The notes under the pieces were generated by a model. It saw only the letters and a program-made list of their open reading frames with translations, was not told where the DNA came from and did no database searches. From the IMG/VR virus record IMGVR_UViG_3300032117_000020: a stretch of 64,000 bases of DNA; one strand, written 5' to 3'. This stretch comes from a virus. Position 1 is the first letter of the stretch. Each line of letters starts with the position of its first letter. Made by a program: the position numbers and the translations under genes. Shown in pieces: positions 43,576 through 52,727 of this stretch.

Positions 43576-43841
43576 ATGATAATGATGTTCAAGTCTTTAC
43601 TGGCGATGAGATTCACTTTACCGACGGCACAGTTTGGTCTTGCACATTTTTGTCAAGATTTGAAGGCGTGGTTGTGTTTGTGGCTTGTGCATTTAAGGAT
43701 ATTCCACAATATTGTGTCAGAGATTTTTTCCCAGATGATGTGAAGCCGTTGATTTTAGATGCCATTAAAGGTGGCGCGAAAATTTTGAAAGGTGTGGGGA
43801 TTGCAAAAAATAAAAATAGGCGCGGAAAAAAGAATGAATAA
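43572..43841 (+). CDS. hypothetical protein (89 aa)
   Basis: ORF track; ATGA overlap. Confidence 0.45.
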   Translation: MNDNDVQVFTGDEIHFTDGTVWSCTFLSRFEGVVVFVACAFKDIPQYCVRDFFPDDVKPLILDAIKGGAKILKGVGIAKNKNRRGKKNE

Positions 43842-43842
43842 T

Positions 43843-44028
43843 ATGAGAAAATTTTTATGTAGAATAGGAATCCATAAATACGAAAAATGGGGAGAACCCG
43901 AATATTATTCAATAAGACATCATTATGATGGCCCAGGCACCTATACCCACACATCAAATCATTATATTCAAGATCGATACTGCGAATTATGTGGATGCTA
44001 CAACACTCGAAAAAGGAGAATGAAATAA
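43843..44028 (+). CDS. small Cys-containing protein, paralogue of 24044..24232
   Basis: MRKFLCRIGIHKYEKW...CELCGC; start refined from 43792. Confidence 0.45.
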   Translation: MRKFLCRIGIHKYEKWGEPEYYSIRHHYDGPGTYTHTSNHYIQDRYCELCGCYNTRKRRMK

Positions 44029-44030
44029 TA

Positions 44031-44225
44031 ATGAAAACCTTAACGTTTATTTATAAAGTTAACAATATTGAAAAACGATATGATAGAGAGATAGTGAGTG
44101 TATTTGTGAATAATGTGCAGATGATCAGTTTCGGCGAAGAAGGCAATCTTTCAAAAAATGAAGAGAATGCTGATCAATTTATCAAACTGTTAAATGATGC
44201 ATGGTCACTGTGTTGGTTTGAATGA
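44031..44225 (+). CDS. hypothetical protein (start refined from 43989)
   Basis: ORF track. Confidence 0.4.
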   Translation: MKTLTFIYKVNNIEKRYDREIVSVFVNNVQMISFGEEGNLSKNEENADQFIKLLNDAWSLCWFE

Positions 44226-44244
44226 GTTTTTAGAGGTTAAATAA

Positions 44245-44763
44245 ATGGACAATTATGTGGTTAAAGGCTATGATGTGTATGTTCAATTCTTTTTTAATGA
44301 ACAGAATGAATTTAATCAAGGATATGATGTTGCTCATAAATATATCTATGATAATTTGAATAAAGTGATACAGCGTCATGAATATATGAAGGATCTTTTT
44401 CAAAAGAGAGAGAATGATTCAGACCTACAAATGATTGATCAACAAATGATTGATCATTATGATTTTAAGATTGCACTATGGAAAAATGTGCTGAGTAATT
44501 CCAGTCTTCTAGAAAGAGAAGATCATTATGAATTGTCTATGAAATTCATTGATGATGTATTTAAAGATGATCCTGATGAATCCAGGGAAAATAATGACGG
44601 CTACGCAATTGAGTATATTTTTGATGAATTAAGAAGCATAGGCATGCATGCTTTAATGACAAGCAGACTCTATGAGGAAAAAGATTATCAATTAATTAAA
44701 GCCCAGGCGGACTATTGGTTTTTAAAGGCAGATAATTTTAGAATTGTGGCGATTCCTGAGTAA
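44245..44763 (+). CDS. hypothetical protein (172 aa)
   Basis: ORF track. Confidence 0.5.
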   Translation: MDNYVVKGYDVYVQFFFNEQNEFNQGYDVAHKYIYDNLNKVIQRHEYMKDLFQKRENDSDLQMIDQQMIDHYDFKIALWKNVLSNSSLLEREDHYELSMKFIDDVFKDDPDESRENNDGYAIEYIFDELRSIGMHALMTSRLYEEKDYQLIKAQADYWFLKADNFRIVAIPE

Positions 44764-44776
44764 TGAAGGAGATAAA

Positions 44777-45145
44777 ATGAATATAAATATTGTGTTATGG
44801 GCGCGGGCGCTGGCATCTATTGTGTCGGTGGCTCTTGGAATTTATGTCGCAACGACTAAGAATAAATCAAAATCGGCTGAGCCGATTGCCGACCATGAAT
44901 TAGACACCACATTATATCTATGGGCTGTGCAGAATTCAGGAAGCAACCTTATTTGGGATGCCGGTTCATCTAAATTCTTTGCAGAAAAGGTAGAAAATCA
45001 TAATGGATATTTATGTGCTATCACCAACAACGAGGTAATCCATAGTTTCGCGCCAGGATCATACCTTGGAGATTCAAGAATTGGCGGACCATTTACCACT
45101 GAAAATCAAGTGAAGGAAATATTAAAAATTATCAAAGATCTATGA
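44777..45145 (+). CDS. membrane-anchored hypothetical protein; preceded by AAGGAG Shine-Dalgarno-like sequence
   Basis: start refined to ATG 44777, 8 nt after AAGGAG; N-terminal TM helix. Confidence 0.45.
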   Translation: MNINIVLWARALASIVSVALGIYVATTKNKSKSAEPIADHELDTTLYLWAVQNSGSNLIWDAGSSKFFAEKVENHNGYLCAITNNEVIHSFAPGSYLGDSRIGGPFTTENQVKEILKIIKDL

Positions 45146-45513
45146 ACAATATAAATTTAAAAGAAAAACCATCATGGCTAGAATTGCCAGAATCTGAAAA
45201 ATTATCTCATACTTATTGGGTATGTTATGGCACAAGCATCAATTTAGAAACTACGCCTCGTGAGAGTAGGTGCTTTATCATCTTTCATTCTAAAGAAGAG
45301 ACCGAGGCTGATGCGTGTTGCAAATGTGAAAATTGGATCTGGGATAAAAAACCAGCCCAACCTACAACATTAAAAGAAACTATGTTTGATGCTAGGAGCA
45401 AAGGTCTTTTAGGTGTGAAAGTTAAAGGATATGTAGATGGAAAATGGGCAATTCTCAAGTTTTATCCTGCTGATGTGCCATTGCCATTGAGTGAGTTAGA
45501 TAATGAAATTTAA
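45142..45513 (+). CDS. hypothetical protein (123 aa)
   Basis: ORF track; ATGA overlap. Confidence 0.5.
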   Translation: MNNINLKEKPSWLELPESEKLSHTYWVCYGTSINLETTPRESRCFIIFHSKEETEADACCKCENWIWDKKPAQPTTLKETMFDARSKGLLGVKVKGYVDGKWAILKFYPADVPLPLSELDNEI

Positions 45514-45859
45514 ATCAGAAGAAATAGCAAAAATTATTCATTCAGCCACCTGCAATCTGAATAGAATGGATGGATCAAAGGTGGAAAATTGGGAAAATCT
45601 TACTGAATTTCAGCGAGAAAATGCAAAAAACGCTGTAAAAAAGATTTATTCAGAGCCATCCCGCACACCGGAGGCGCTGCATAATTTATGGATGGAGCCT
45701 CTTATTAAAGATGGCTGGACCTGCGGAGAATATGATCATACCTCTAAAACGCATCCATCAATTTTGCCTTTTGAAGAGCTCAGCGATACTGAGGTGCTAA
45801 AGGATTATATTTGGTATCATCTCACAGAGGCTTTTAGGAATTATTATGATGGAGAGTGA
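45503..45859 (+). CDS. hypothetical protein (118 aa)
   Basis: ORF track. Confidence 0.5.
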   Translation: MKFKSEEIAKIIHSATCNLNRMDGSKVENWENLTEFQRENAKNAVKKIYSEPSRTPEALHNLWMEPLIKDGWTCGEYDHTSKTHPSILPFEELSDTEVLKDYIWYHLTEAFRNYYDGE

Positions 45860-45940
45860 AAAATTGCAGAAACAGAATACGAAATTGTTGATATTTTAAA
45901 ATCGATTCCAGATATTGGCGAACTTGGTGCCTATGAGGCC

Positions 45941-46357
45941 TTGAATGCGAAATTCGAAAGAATGCAGAAAGAATCTTATAAAAATGGATACAATGATTCT
46001 AAGAAGAAATTATTGAGCAGCTATAATAAATTTAAGCTGTTTTTAGATCGGATTGGATCTTATATTGTTCGCATGATGATTGCTCTTGCATGCATGTTGC
46101 CGGTGGCATACCTCATCTGGCTGCAGATTCATAGAGGTGATTTAGAATTTAGCGAAATGAGAGCTTGCAACAGTGGCGATTTTGATGGATGCATGAAGGG
46201 ATTTGTTCGTGTTACGGAATGTGAGAGAAGTGTGACAGAACCTTATCGCGCAATGGCGTATGAAGAAGCTTATCAGCATGCCACCGGTAAAACATTATTC
46301 TTGAATCAGGATTTTAAAAATGGAATGCTGATGGAATTAAGCAGATCACAGAGATAA
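45941..46357 (+). CDS. membrane protein (138 aa)
   Basis: ORF track; hydrophobic segment. Confidence 0.5.
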   Translation: MNAKFERMQKESYKNGYNDSKKKLLSSYNKFKLFLDRIGSYIVRMMIALACMLPVAYLIWLQIHRGDLEFSEMRACNSGDFDGCMKGFVRVTECERSVTEPYRAMAYEEAYQHATGKTLFLNQDFKNGMLMELSRSQR

Positions 46358-46393
46358 GAAACATATTTCATAACGTGTGAGTATTATAATTGT

Positions 46394-47077
46394 ATGTTTA
46401 AAACGCTACTTAGTTTAATATTTCTCGTCATGATTTCAGCCATGTCAATGGCTCAATACACCCTAACGGCCAATCCGATTGGTCCATATGCTGGAAGTTC
46501 GATAACTGTGTCTCAGGTTACCGATGGCTCTCAATACAATGCAACCAGCCCATACACCACAATATATCGCCCAACAGTTGCACTCGTCAATACATCTTCA
46601 ACATTTTCTGGATCTTTTTCAAATGCAAAATGGATCACATTTAATGGATCAAGTGGACCTCTTGGTCGTGGAACTGTAAATTTTTATCCATCCGTGGTGC
46701 TAACTCTCACATATTTGGGGACAGTTGCTCCGCCAAGTCGAATTCAATTGGTTCTTTCTAATCGTACCGGCCATGAATCAGTGTCTCTTAGTAGCAGCAA
46801 CCCCGATGATATTGTTGAAGAAGTAATGACTGGCATTGGCGTGGCAAATACCCCAGGCCTCTCCACAATTGATGGTAGCGCAAGCAACACTCCTTTTACA
46901 GCTGTAGCCCAGGGAAGCTACACCTATTCAGGCGGATACTATTATCAGAGCTATACGGCGACTGTTCCATTGCTCATAATGGAGGGATTTAATGAAATTA
47001 GCAGTGGTGCTACAGGCAATATTTTGATGAGTCAATCTTATAGCGGTCTCACAACTTCATTATTGAACTGGAATTAA
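46394..47077 (+). CDS. secreted Ser/Thr-rich protein with N-terminal signal peptide
   Basis: MFKTLLSLIFLVMISAMSMAQ signal-like N-terminus; S/T/G-rich. Confidence 0.55.
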   Translation: MFKTLLSLIFLVMISAMSMAQYTLTANPIGPYAGSSITVSQVTDGSQYNATSPYTTIYRPTVALVNTSSTFSGSFSNAKWITFNGSSGPLGRGTVNFYPSVVLTLTYLGTVAPPSRIQLVLSNRTGHESVSLSSSNPDDIVEEVMTGIGVANTPGLSTIDGSASNTPFTAVAQGSYTYSGGYYYQSYTATVPLLIMEGFNEISSGATGNILMSQSYSGLTTSLLNWN

Positions 47078-47093
47078 AAAATCAAATCAATAA

Positions 47094-47648
47094 TCAATGG
47101 TCATTATTTAAATGACTTTGATTATATTCTTGATCGTTCATTTGGCTATGCAGGTTTTCTGCATAGCCTGTTGGATTAAATGAGGGACTGTGCATTGCCA
47201 TGCTGCTTCCCAATTCTCTTTTTTCTATCTCTTGATTCAATAAATCTAAAATCGGAGATTTATCCATTGGATTTTTAGTGCGATGCTTAATTGTTTCAGA
47301 TATCAATTGAGGATCGCTCAGTTTGCTTATCCATTGCCGGATTTTCAAGTTATAATTATTGGACTTTGATGTTGTGCGCTCTTTAATTTCATTTTGAATG
47401 CAGATAAGTTCTGCTTGAGATGATGGATATGTTTGATGATGATGCAGCATATCCTTTAATTCTTTATCTGATTTGGATTTTAATCCTTCTACATAGCTTG
47501 CATCAATATCATTTGCCAGCACATCATTTAAATAATCTGGATCAAATGCCAATTTTCGCATTATTCCTGATATGATATTTGCTTCTTTCCACAGGCTGAT
47601 TTCATCAAGATTGTTGGCAAGATCGCAAAGCGCCGATAAAAGATTCAT
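47094..47648 (-). CDS. hypothetical protein on minus strand (184 aa)
   Basis: ORF track; convergent with 46394..47077. Confidence 0.45.
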   Translation of the reverse strand: MNLLSALCDLANNLDEISLWKEANIISGIMRKLAFDPDYLNDVLANDIDASYVEGLKSKSDKELKDMLHHHQTYPSSQAELICIQNEIKERTTSKSNNYNLKIRQWISKLSDPQLISETIKHRTKNPMDKSPILDLLNQEIEKRELGSSMAMHSPSFNPTGYAENLHSQMNDQEYNQSHLNNDH

Positions 47649-47696
47649 TAATATATTGTTCTGAATTTAAAATGGCTGTTCCTAAATTTTGATTTA

Positions 47697-47727
47697 AAAT
47701 TTCCCATTAAAAATAAAAAGGATAATA
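47697..47727 (+). promoter_or_regulatory. conserved promoter-like motif (near-consensus copy)
   Basis: AAAATTTCCCATTAAAAATAAAAAGGATAATA; ATG 47732. Confidence 0.55.
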
Positions 47728-47731
47728 AACC

Positions 47732-48304
47732 ATGAAACTATATAATCTCACAAATGCATATGATAAAACCCGTCAGGAAAAATTTCATGACTGGTCGTGT
47801 GAAGAGCATGCAAAATCTAACTCTAGATACTCTGATTATCCTTATAAGTTGCATCTTGATGCTGTGATGAATGTTGCCAAGCAGTATCTATATCTAATTG
47901 AAAAAGAAGATGAAAAGTTTTTTGTGCTGTGCAGTTGTGACGGGCACGATTTAGTCGAGGATCTTGGTGTAGGTTACTACAATAAAATTGTAAATCACGA
48001 ACTTTTCAAAGATAATGATGGCAAGAAAATTGCTGATATCATCTACAATGTGACCAATGAATTAGGTAAAAATCGCAAAGAACGCTCTGAAAAAACTTAT
48101 CCTAAAATTGCATCATGTAGGCTCTCTACTTTTGTGAAACTATGTGATAGGATTGCAAACGCAAAATTTTCATATTATATCAATGATGAAAAAGGTATGT
48201 ACGCCAAATATCAGGCGGAACATCCTGATTTTTATAAGGCGCTGCATAATCCAAATCATGGATTTGATGATATGTGGAAAGAGGTCAACAGATTGTTGCT
48301 GTGA
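47732..48304 (+). CDS. putative HD-domain phosphohydrolase
   Basis: KLHLD...CDGHDLVED (H...HD) pattern; tentative. Confidence 0.45.
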   Translation: MKLYNLTNAYDKTRQEKFHDWSCEEHAKSNSRYSDYPYKLHLDAVMNVAKQYLYLIEKEDEKFFVLCSCDGHDLVEDLGVGYYNKIVNHELFKDNDGKKIADIIYNVTNELGKNRKERSEKTYPKIASCRLSTFVKLCDRIANAKFSYYINDEKGMYAKYQAEHPDFYKALHNPNHGFDDMWKEVNRLLL

Positions 48305-48307
48305 ATT

Positions 48308-48514
48308 ATGCATCATCCTCTTAGAATTATTTTTATAATGCTCATTGTGGCTGTAATTATATGTTCTGTGGTTCTTTGTCTCATGGCCGGAGAAATACTC
48401 AGACCTAAACGCAAACCATACTTTGTTTTAGAGTCTGTGTATGATACTTTGAGATTTTCATTGGCAGGAATTATAGGAATAGTTTGCTATAAAATTTTTC
48501 TCTGGATTTCTTGA
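48308..48514 (+). CDS. small membrane protein (68 aa)
   Basis: ORF track; two hydrophobic segments. Confidence 0.45.
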   Translation: MHHPLRIIFIMLIVAVIICSVVLCLMAGEILRPKRKPYFVLESVYDTLRFSLAGIIGIVCYKIFLWIS

Positions 48515-48546
48515 GAAATTTCTCATTAAAAATATTTTAGATAATA
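48515..48546 (+). promoter_or_regulatory. conserved promoter-like motif (variant)
   Basis: GAAATTTCTCATTAAAAATATTTTAGATAATA; ATG 48551. Confidence 0.45.
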
Positions 48547-48550
48547 ACTC

Positions 48551-48808
48551 ATGAGCAAAAATTCCTGGTCAGAAAATCCACCTACAATTCCTGGAGATTA
48601 TTGGTTTGCCTATAAATATGGAGATGATGCCGGTACTGTCGAATATAGGCAGGTGGATAAAGATTATACCGGCAAACTTTGTGTTTATACTAAACGAAAA
48701 GAGGAGTTCTGGGGGCCAGACCCAATATATACGGCATTGTATGATACTGGTTGGTGGATGAAAGCCGAATTGCCAGAATTTCCGTTTAAATTAATGGAGA
48801 AAGAATAA
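48551..48808 (+). CDS. hypothetical protein (85 aa)
   Basis: ORF track. Confidence 0.5.
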   Translation: MSKNSWSENPPTIPGDYWFAYKYGDDAGTVEYRQVDKDYTGKLCVYTKRKEEFWGPDPIYTALYDTGWWMKAELPEFPFKLMEKE

Positions 48809-48826
48809 ATTAATGGAGAAAGAATA
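48787..48826. repeat. 20-bp tandem duplication (TTAATGGAGAAAGAATAAAT x2)
   Basis: direct repeat spanning the stop of 48551..48808. Confidence 0.6.
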
Positions 48827-48926
48827 AATTAATGAAAACTTATGAATATGGAAAAACTGGCTGGAGTGTGGCATTTGCATTTAATAATGGCCAATCTGTT
48901 ATGATGCAGAGAGAGGTAAAAAATAA

Positions 48927-49169
48927 ATGATCTATTTGTATTGTATTTTAGGAGCCCTTGCATGGCTTGGCTCAGGATTTTATGGCGTTTGGCTCGCGGA
49001 ATGCGATATGAGAAAAGAATATGGAAATCATAAGTCTTATTTTAAAGTCGGCGAGAGCATCTTGCTTACATCGATGGGCCCTATCATATTGATTGCTTCG
49101 TTGTGTATATGTTCAGATATTTTTTCTAGACCTATGTTTAAACCAAAATCTAAAGGAAAAAATGAATAA
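48927..49169 (+). CDS. small membrane protein (80 aa)
   Basis: ORF track. Confidence 0.45.
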   Translation: MIYLYCILGALAWLGSGFYGVWLAECDMRKEYGNHKSYFKVGESILLTSMGPIILIASLCICSDIFSRPMFKPKSKGKNE

Positions 49170-49344
49170 TGCCTTAGGAATTTTGTTATGGATTATATCA
49201 GGAATTCTTTCAAATATATTGATCGATAAATATAGCTATGAAAAAACACCAATTGGAACCTACATAATGATTTCACCAATCTGTGGTCCGGTTATGTTTA
49301 TCGTGGCGCTTTGTGTGATGGCAGGAGCAAGAATCAACAAATGA
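49162..49344 (+). CDS. small membrane protein (start refined from 49093)
   Basis: ATGA overlap; hydrophobic. Confidence 0.45.
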   Translation: MNNALGILLWIISGILSNILIDKYSYEKTPIGTYIMISPICGPVMFIVALCVMAGARINK

Positions 49345-49356
49345 AGGACTTTAAGT

Positions 49357-49554
49357 ATGACATTGAGAAATGCTAAAAAGTTAAAAATTGGAGATGAGGT
49401 TAAAATTAAAGGCGATAATGAAATTTATAGGATCGCGCCAGATAGTTTTTTAACTATTTATATGAGAGCTGTGTGTAAGTGTTTTTATCTTTATCGAAAG
49501 CGTGATGGCAAACTAATGAATTCAAATTATTTGCATGGAGAATTAGAAAAATGA
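49357..49554 (+). CDS. hypothetical protein (65 aa)
   Basis: ORF track. Confidence 0.45.
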   Translation: MTLRNAKKLKIGDEVKIKGDNEIYRIAPDSFLTIYMRAVCKCFYLYRKRDGKLMNSNYLHGELEK

Positions 49555-49763
49555 GTTACTGTGTGCCTAGAAGAGCTGGTGGATATTCTGTTGATCAGCA
49601 TGAATTTGAACATTTTTATGACGAGGTAGATGAGGAATATTTTCCAGTCCATGTGTATATGGATGATGATGAAGATGTTATTGAATCTAAAAAGTGCCAT
49701 AGGGCCAAAAAAACTTATGTGAAAAGTATCTGTAAACATTGTGGAGAAATTTTAGAAAGATAA
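49551..49763 (+). CDS. acidic protein with C-terminal CxxC...CxxC zinc ribbon
   Basis: KKCHRAKKTYVKSICKHCGE. Confidence 0.45.
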   Translation: MSYCVPRRAGGYSVDQHEFEHFYDEVDEEYFPVHVYMDDDEDVIESKKCHRAKKTYVKSICKHCGEILER

Positions 49764-49792
49764 AATTCCCAACAAAAATAAAAAGTATAATA
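49764..49792 (+). promoter_or_regulatory. conserved promoter-like motif
   Basis: AAAATTCCCAACAAAAATAAAAAGTATAATA; ATG 49797. Confidence 0.5.
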
Positions 49793-49796
49793 GTGT

Positions 49797-50438
49797 ATGA
49801 AGATTTTACAAGAGATAGAAGTCCCAGATTTTGATTCTACTAAGTGGGAGTATGTGCCGTTCGTGGATGGTCAAGTTGCCGAGGTGGGTTGGAAATATTG
49901 TGTTGCTGGCAGTAAGGACTGGACGACAACAGACTTCTCTTACATAATGAGCCCGACTTTCCACTACCTACGCCCTATCCCTCAACCAGAGCCAATAGAG
50001 CCTGAAGATGGGTATGAGATGGTGCCTTATGATCCAAAAGCAATCATACAAGAGGATTGGCTTGTTTGGAATGACTACTTTAATCATTGGCAACCAACAG
50101 CAGCAGAAGGTGATCCAATGGATGCTTTTGACGATCTGCAATACTGCCGTCCCATCTCCAAGCCTTCCCTGCCTCCTGTACCGGAAGGGTATGAGGTTGT
50201 GGAAGGCCCAACTGCAATAAGCGAAAAAGATTGGAAGTTTTGTACTATGGGTGGCGGATGGGGTCCTGTCCTCACGGCTGGATGGAGAGTTCCTGGCGAC
50301 GAGTTTGAGGCAGGCGGACGGCTCGCCCGCCCAATGCCCACACAGAGCCAAAAAGTCATCGACTACGCCCAATTATGTGGCTATTCAGTATTGGCAAATG
50401 AGAATGGGGTACTGGTGTTGAGGGAAGGGGAAAAGTGA
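49797..50438 (+). CDS. hypothetical protein with internal EGYE(M/V)V...EDW repeats, encoded in GC-rich island
   Basis: ORF track; local GC clearly higher than flanks. Confidence 0.55.
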   Translation: MKILQEIEVPDFDSTKWEYVPFVDGQVAEVGWKYCVAGSKDWTTTDFSYIMSPTFHYLRPIPQPEPIEPEDGYEMVPYDPKAIIQEDWLVWNDYFNHWQPTAAEGDPMDAFDDLQYCRPISKPSLPPVPEGYEVVEGPTAISEKDWKFCTMGGGWGPVLTAGWRVPGDEFEAGGRLARPMPTQSQKVIDYAQLCGYSVLANENGVLVLREGEK

Positions 50439-50806
50439 GCGAATACAAGGCCGTCAAGAATTATGTGCATAATGAGTTGAATCTAACTCGTGCAGACATC
50501 AAGGAAATTTTGCACGAAGTCGTGCGAGAAGAGGTTCAAAAGATGAAGTTTGGATCGCTTGGATACGACCTGGAAGATTTCATTGCCAATATTATTATTG
50601 AGCGCTGCGGCTTTAAAGAGCGATATTCAGGACAGTATTTCGTGGAGCTCAAGAATAAAGTTGAAAAGGCTGTGGAACGAACCATTGACGCTTATATTGT
50701 AGCGACAGCCAAAAAACAACTTCGCTTCTCGGTGAACGTTGAAACAGAGAAAAAGAAATATACAGATCAAAAAGAGGTAATGAATAATGGAAGAGCAAGA
50801 AATTGA
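50435..50806 (+). CDS. hypothetical protein (GC-rich island)
   Basis: ORF track; GTGA overlap. Confidence 0.5.
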   Translation: MSEYKAVKNYVHNELNLTRADIKEILHEVVREEVQKMKFGSLGYDLEDFIANIIIERCGFKERYSGQYFVELKNKVEKAVERTIDAYIVATAKKQLRFSVNVETEKKKYTDQKEVMNNGRARN

Positions 50807-50885
50807 GATTGTGTCGCAGGTTGAGAATTGACCTTTTTGTGGGGCCGGGGGTAAAGAACTAATTATTATTGGGATCAAAAATTGG

Positions 50886-51368
50886 ATGGTTGATAATGAT
50901 GGAATAGAAGACCCGTACATTCCACTTCAAGGCGACCTGACCGCTACCGACTGGCAGATAATGATGGAAGACTATGAACCGATTGAGTATAGTGAATGGG
51001 AACTTAATGTGCGAAGTCAATTCACTGAGTATATGAAATCAAGCCATTGCACCGAATACGAACCCGAGGAAATTTACGAAGAATATCCCGAATTTCATGG
51101 GCGCATAGCAGAACTGTTTTGCGCATGGAGGGCAGGCGCAAATCTCCTAACTCCTCCCAAAACTACCTCCCTTACATTTAATGAGGCGCTGGAGGCAATG
51201 ATGGCTAATCCAGGTGTGAAGTGGACCTGCAGCGTTCTTAACGGAAAATCAGTTAGATTTTTACATGGTCTCTTCTGGGAACATGACGGTGTTGATGTGT
51301 CTAAGTTTCGATTATTTGGCGATGTGGTTTGCGCTACCGAATGGCATGTAGCGGAGGAAGAGAAGTGA
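50886..51368 (+). CDS. hypothetical protein (GC-rich island)
   Basis: ORF track. Confidence 0.5.
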   Translation: MVDNDGIEDPYIPLQGDLTATDWQIMMEDYEPIEYSEWELNVRSQFTEYMKSSHCTEYEPEEIYEEYPEFHGRIAELFCAWRAGANLLTPPKTTSLTFNEALEAMMANPGVKWTCSVLNGKSVRFLHGLFWEHDGVDVSKFRLFGDVVCATEWHVAEEEK

Positions 51369-51544
51369 TTAGAAGAATCGTTGCGCTCGTTATTCTTCAT
51401 GCCCTTCTGAGTAATCCCGAGCGGCATAAATATATTTCGAAGCTTTCTGAAGAAGGCAAGTATTCCAATCGCGAACTGACGGAAAAGAATATCAACAAGG
51501 CGTACATCATGGCAGATCAATTTTTGGAGGATAAATGGAAGTGA
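51365..51544 (+). CDS. small protein (GTG start; track ORF 51329..51544)
   Basis: GTGA overlap with upstream stop. Confidence 0.35.
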   Translation: MIRRIVALVILHALLSNPERHKYISKLSEEGKYSNRELTEKNINKAYIMADQFLEDKWK

Positions 51545-51635
51545 ACTCAAAACAAATGAGAGAGGCGTTTGAGGAGTCCATGCGTAAGCAAGGGCGGCCC
51601 GTTAACTTGATGCAGTATGAGACGGGATTATTAAA

Positions 51636-51818
51636 ATGAAACTATCTCAACAACAATCAGACAATATTAAAAAAATAATCAATTCATTGATTTGTGTGGC
51701 TATAGGAATTTTTGCATTATATGCATATGGATATAATAGGAACACAGTACCTGAAATTCCTGGCTATCATATGGTTCATAATGGTGACAATTTAATTTAT
51801 ATTAAGGATAAAAAATGA
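51636..51818 (+). CDS. small membrane protein (60 aa)
   Basis: ORF track; ATGA overlaps on both sides. Confidence 0.45.
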   Translation: MKLSQQQSDNIKKIINSLICVAIGIFALYAYGYNRNTVPEIPGYHMVHNGDNLIYIKDKK

Positions 51819-52153
51819 ATAATAATATTAAAGTTTGGATTTCTGGCATCGACTACCCATATGATGGCTGGACTCTCACAGGAATTTGGTCAACGAAAGA
51901 ATTAGCGACGGAATGCGCCACCACACCAGTTAACGGTCATTCATGGACTCCTGACACAGAGCGAGAAAACGAATGGATTGCAGATTCCGATTATAATACT
52001 GATCGCAACAGCAGCATGGTTGCATTTATCCAAGAATTCACGTTGGATCAAGTGAGCGCCACGTTTCAAACTAAACTTAACTTTGAGTCAAAATATAGAG
52101 AATATCTTGAAGATATGTATGGAGAGAAAAATAAAGACAATGGAGAAAATTAA
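51815..52153 (+). CDS. hypothetical protein (112 aa)
   Basis: ORF track. Confidence 0.5.
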   Translation: MNNNIKVWISGIDYPYDGWTLTGIWSTKELATECATTPVNGHSWTPDTERENEWIADSDYNTDRNSSMVAFIQEFTLDQVSATFQTKLNFESKYREYLEDMYGEKNKDNGEN

Positions 52154-52457
52154 AGCATTTCCTTTAAGTTACAGCATTAAAAATCCGGATGTTGATGATG
52201 ATTATGGTTTTAATATTACCGTAGAATATCGTGGCTCTAATTCATGGGCTGTCATGAAAGGAAACCATCACTGTATCAGCAAAACTCTTCGTACTCGATA
52301 TGAACGACATTCATCAAATCGCACTGATTACTTTAAGAAAATCTATCGATTTCCATTAGATGAAGCAATTGAAATTGGAATCCGCGCCCAGAATAAACTT
52401 GATAGAGAAAGAAAAGAATTGGAAAAAAGATGGAAAGAGCAACAGGACAAACAATGA
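52140..52457 (+). CDS. hypothetical protein (start refined from 52083 to ATG 52140)
   Basis: ORF track. Confidence 0.45.
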   Translation: MEKIKAFPLSYSIKNPDVDDDYGFNITVEYRGSNSWAVMKGNHHCISKTLRTRYERHSSNRTDYFKKIYRFPLDEAIEIGIRAQNKLDRERKELEKRWKEQQDKQ

Positions 52458-52684
52458 AATACACAATTCTCAACACAAATCATGAATTCTCCAACTACAC
52501 AGGCTTATGCAATTGTGGAGAAGTTTTACTTTATAAACCAAAGTCAATTAAAGATATTAAAGATAATCTTTATGATTTGGTGCTGATTGGCACGACCTGG
52601 AATAAGTTGAAGTATTGCATGTATAAAACAGAATGGCTAATTGATTGTGATTGCCTTTTTGCACACTACACGGATTTAGTGTAG
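52454..52684 (+). CDS. hypothetical Cys-containing protein (start refined to ATG 52454)
   Basis: ATGA overlap. Confidence 0.45.
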   Translation: MKYTILNTNHEFSNYTGLCNCGEVLLYKPKSIKDIKDNLYDLVLIGTTWNKLKYCMYKTEWLIDCDCLFAHYTDLV

Positions 52685-52727
52685 ATAAATTTCTCGATAA
52701 AAACTTAAATTTCTTTAAAATTTCATA

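Noticed and set aside
49968-51550. Several minus-strand ORFs (49968..50372, 50084..50359, 50627..50920, 51095..51550)
   Set aside because: They lie in the GC-rich island, where higher GC suppresses stop codons on all frames. The + strand genes have promoter and coupling context.
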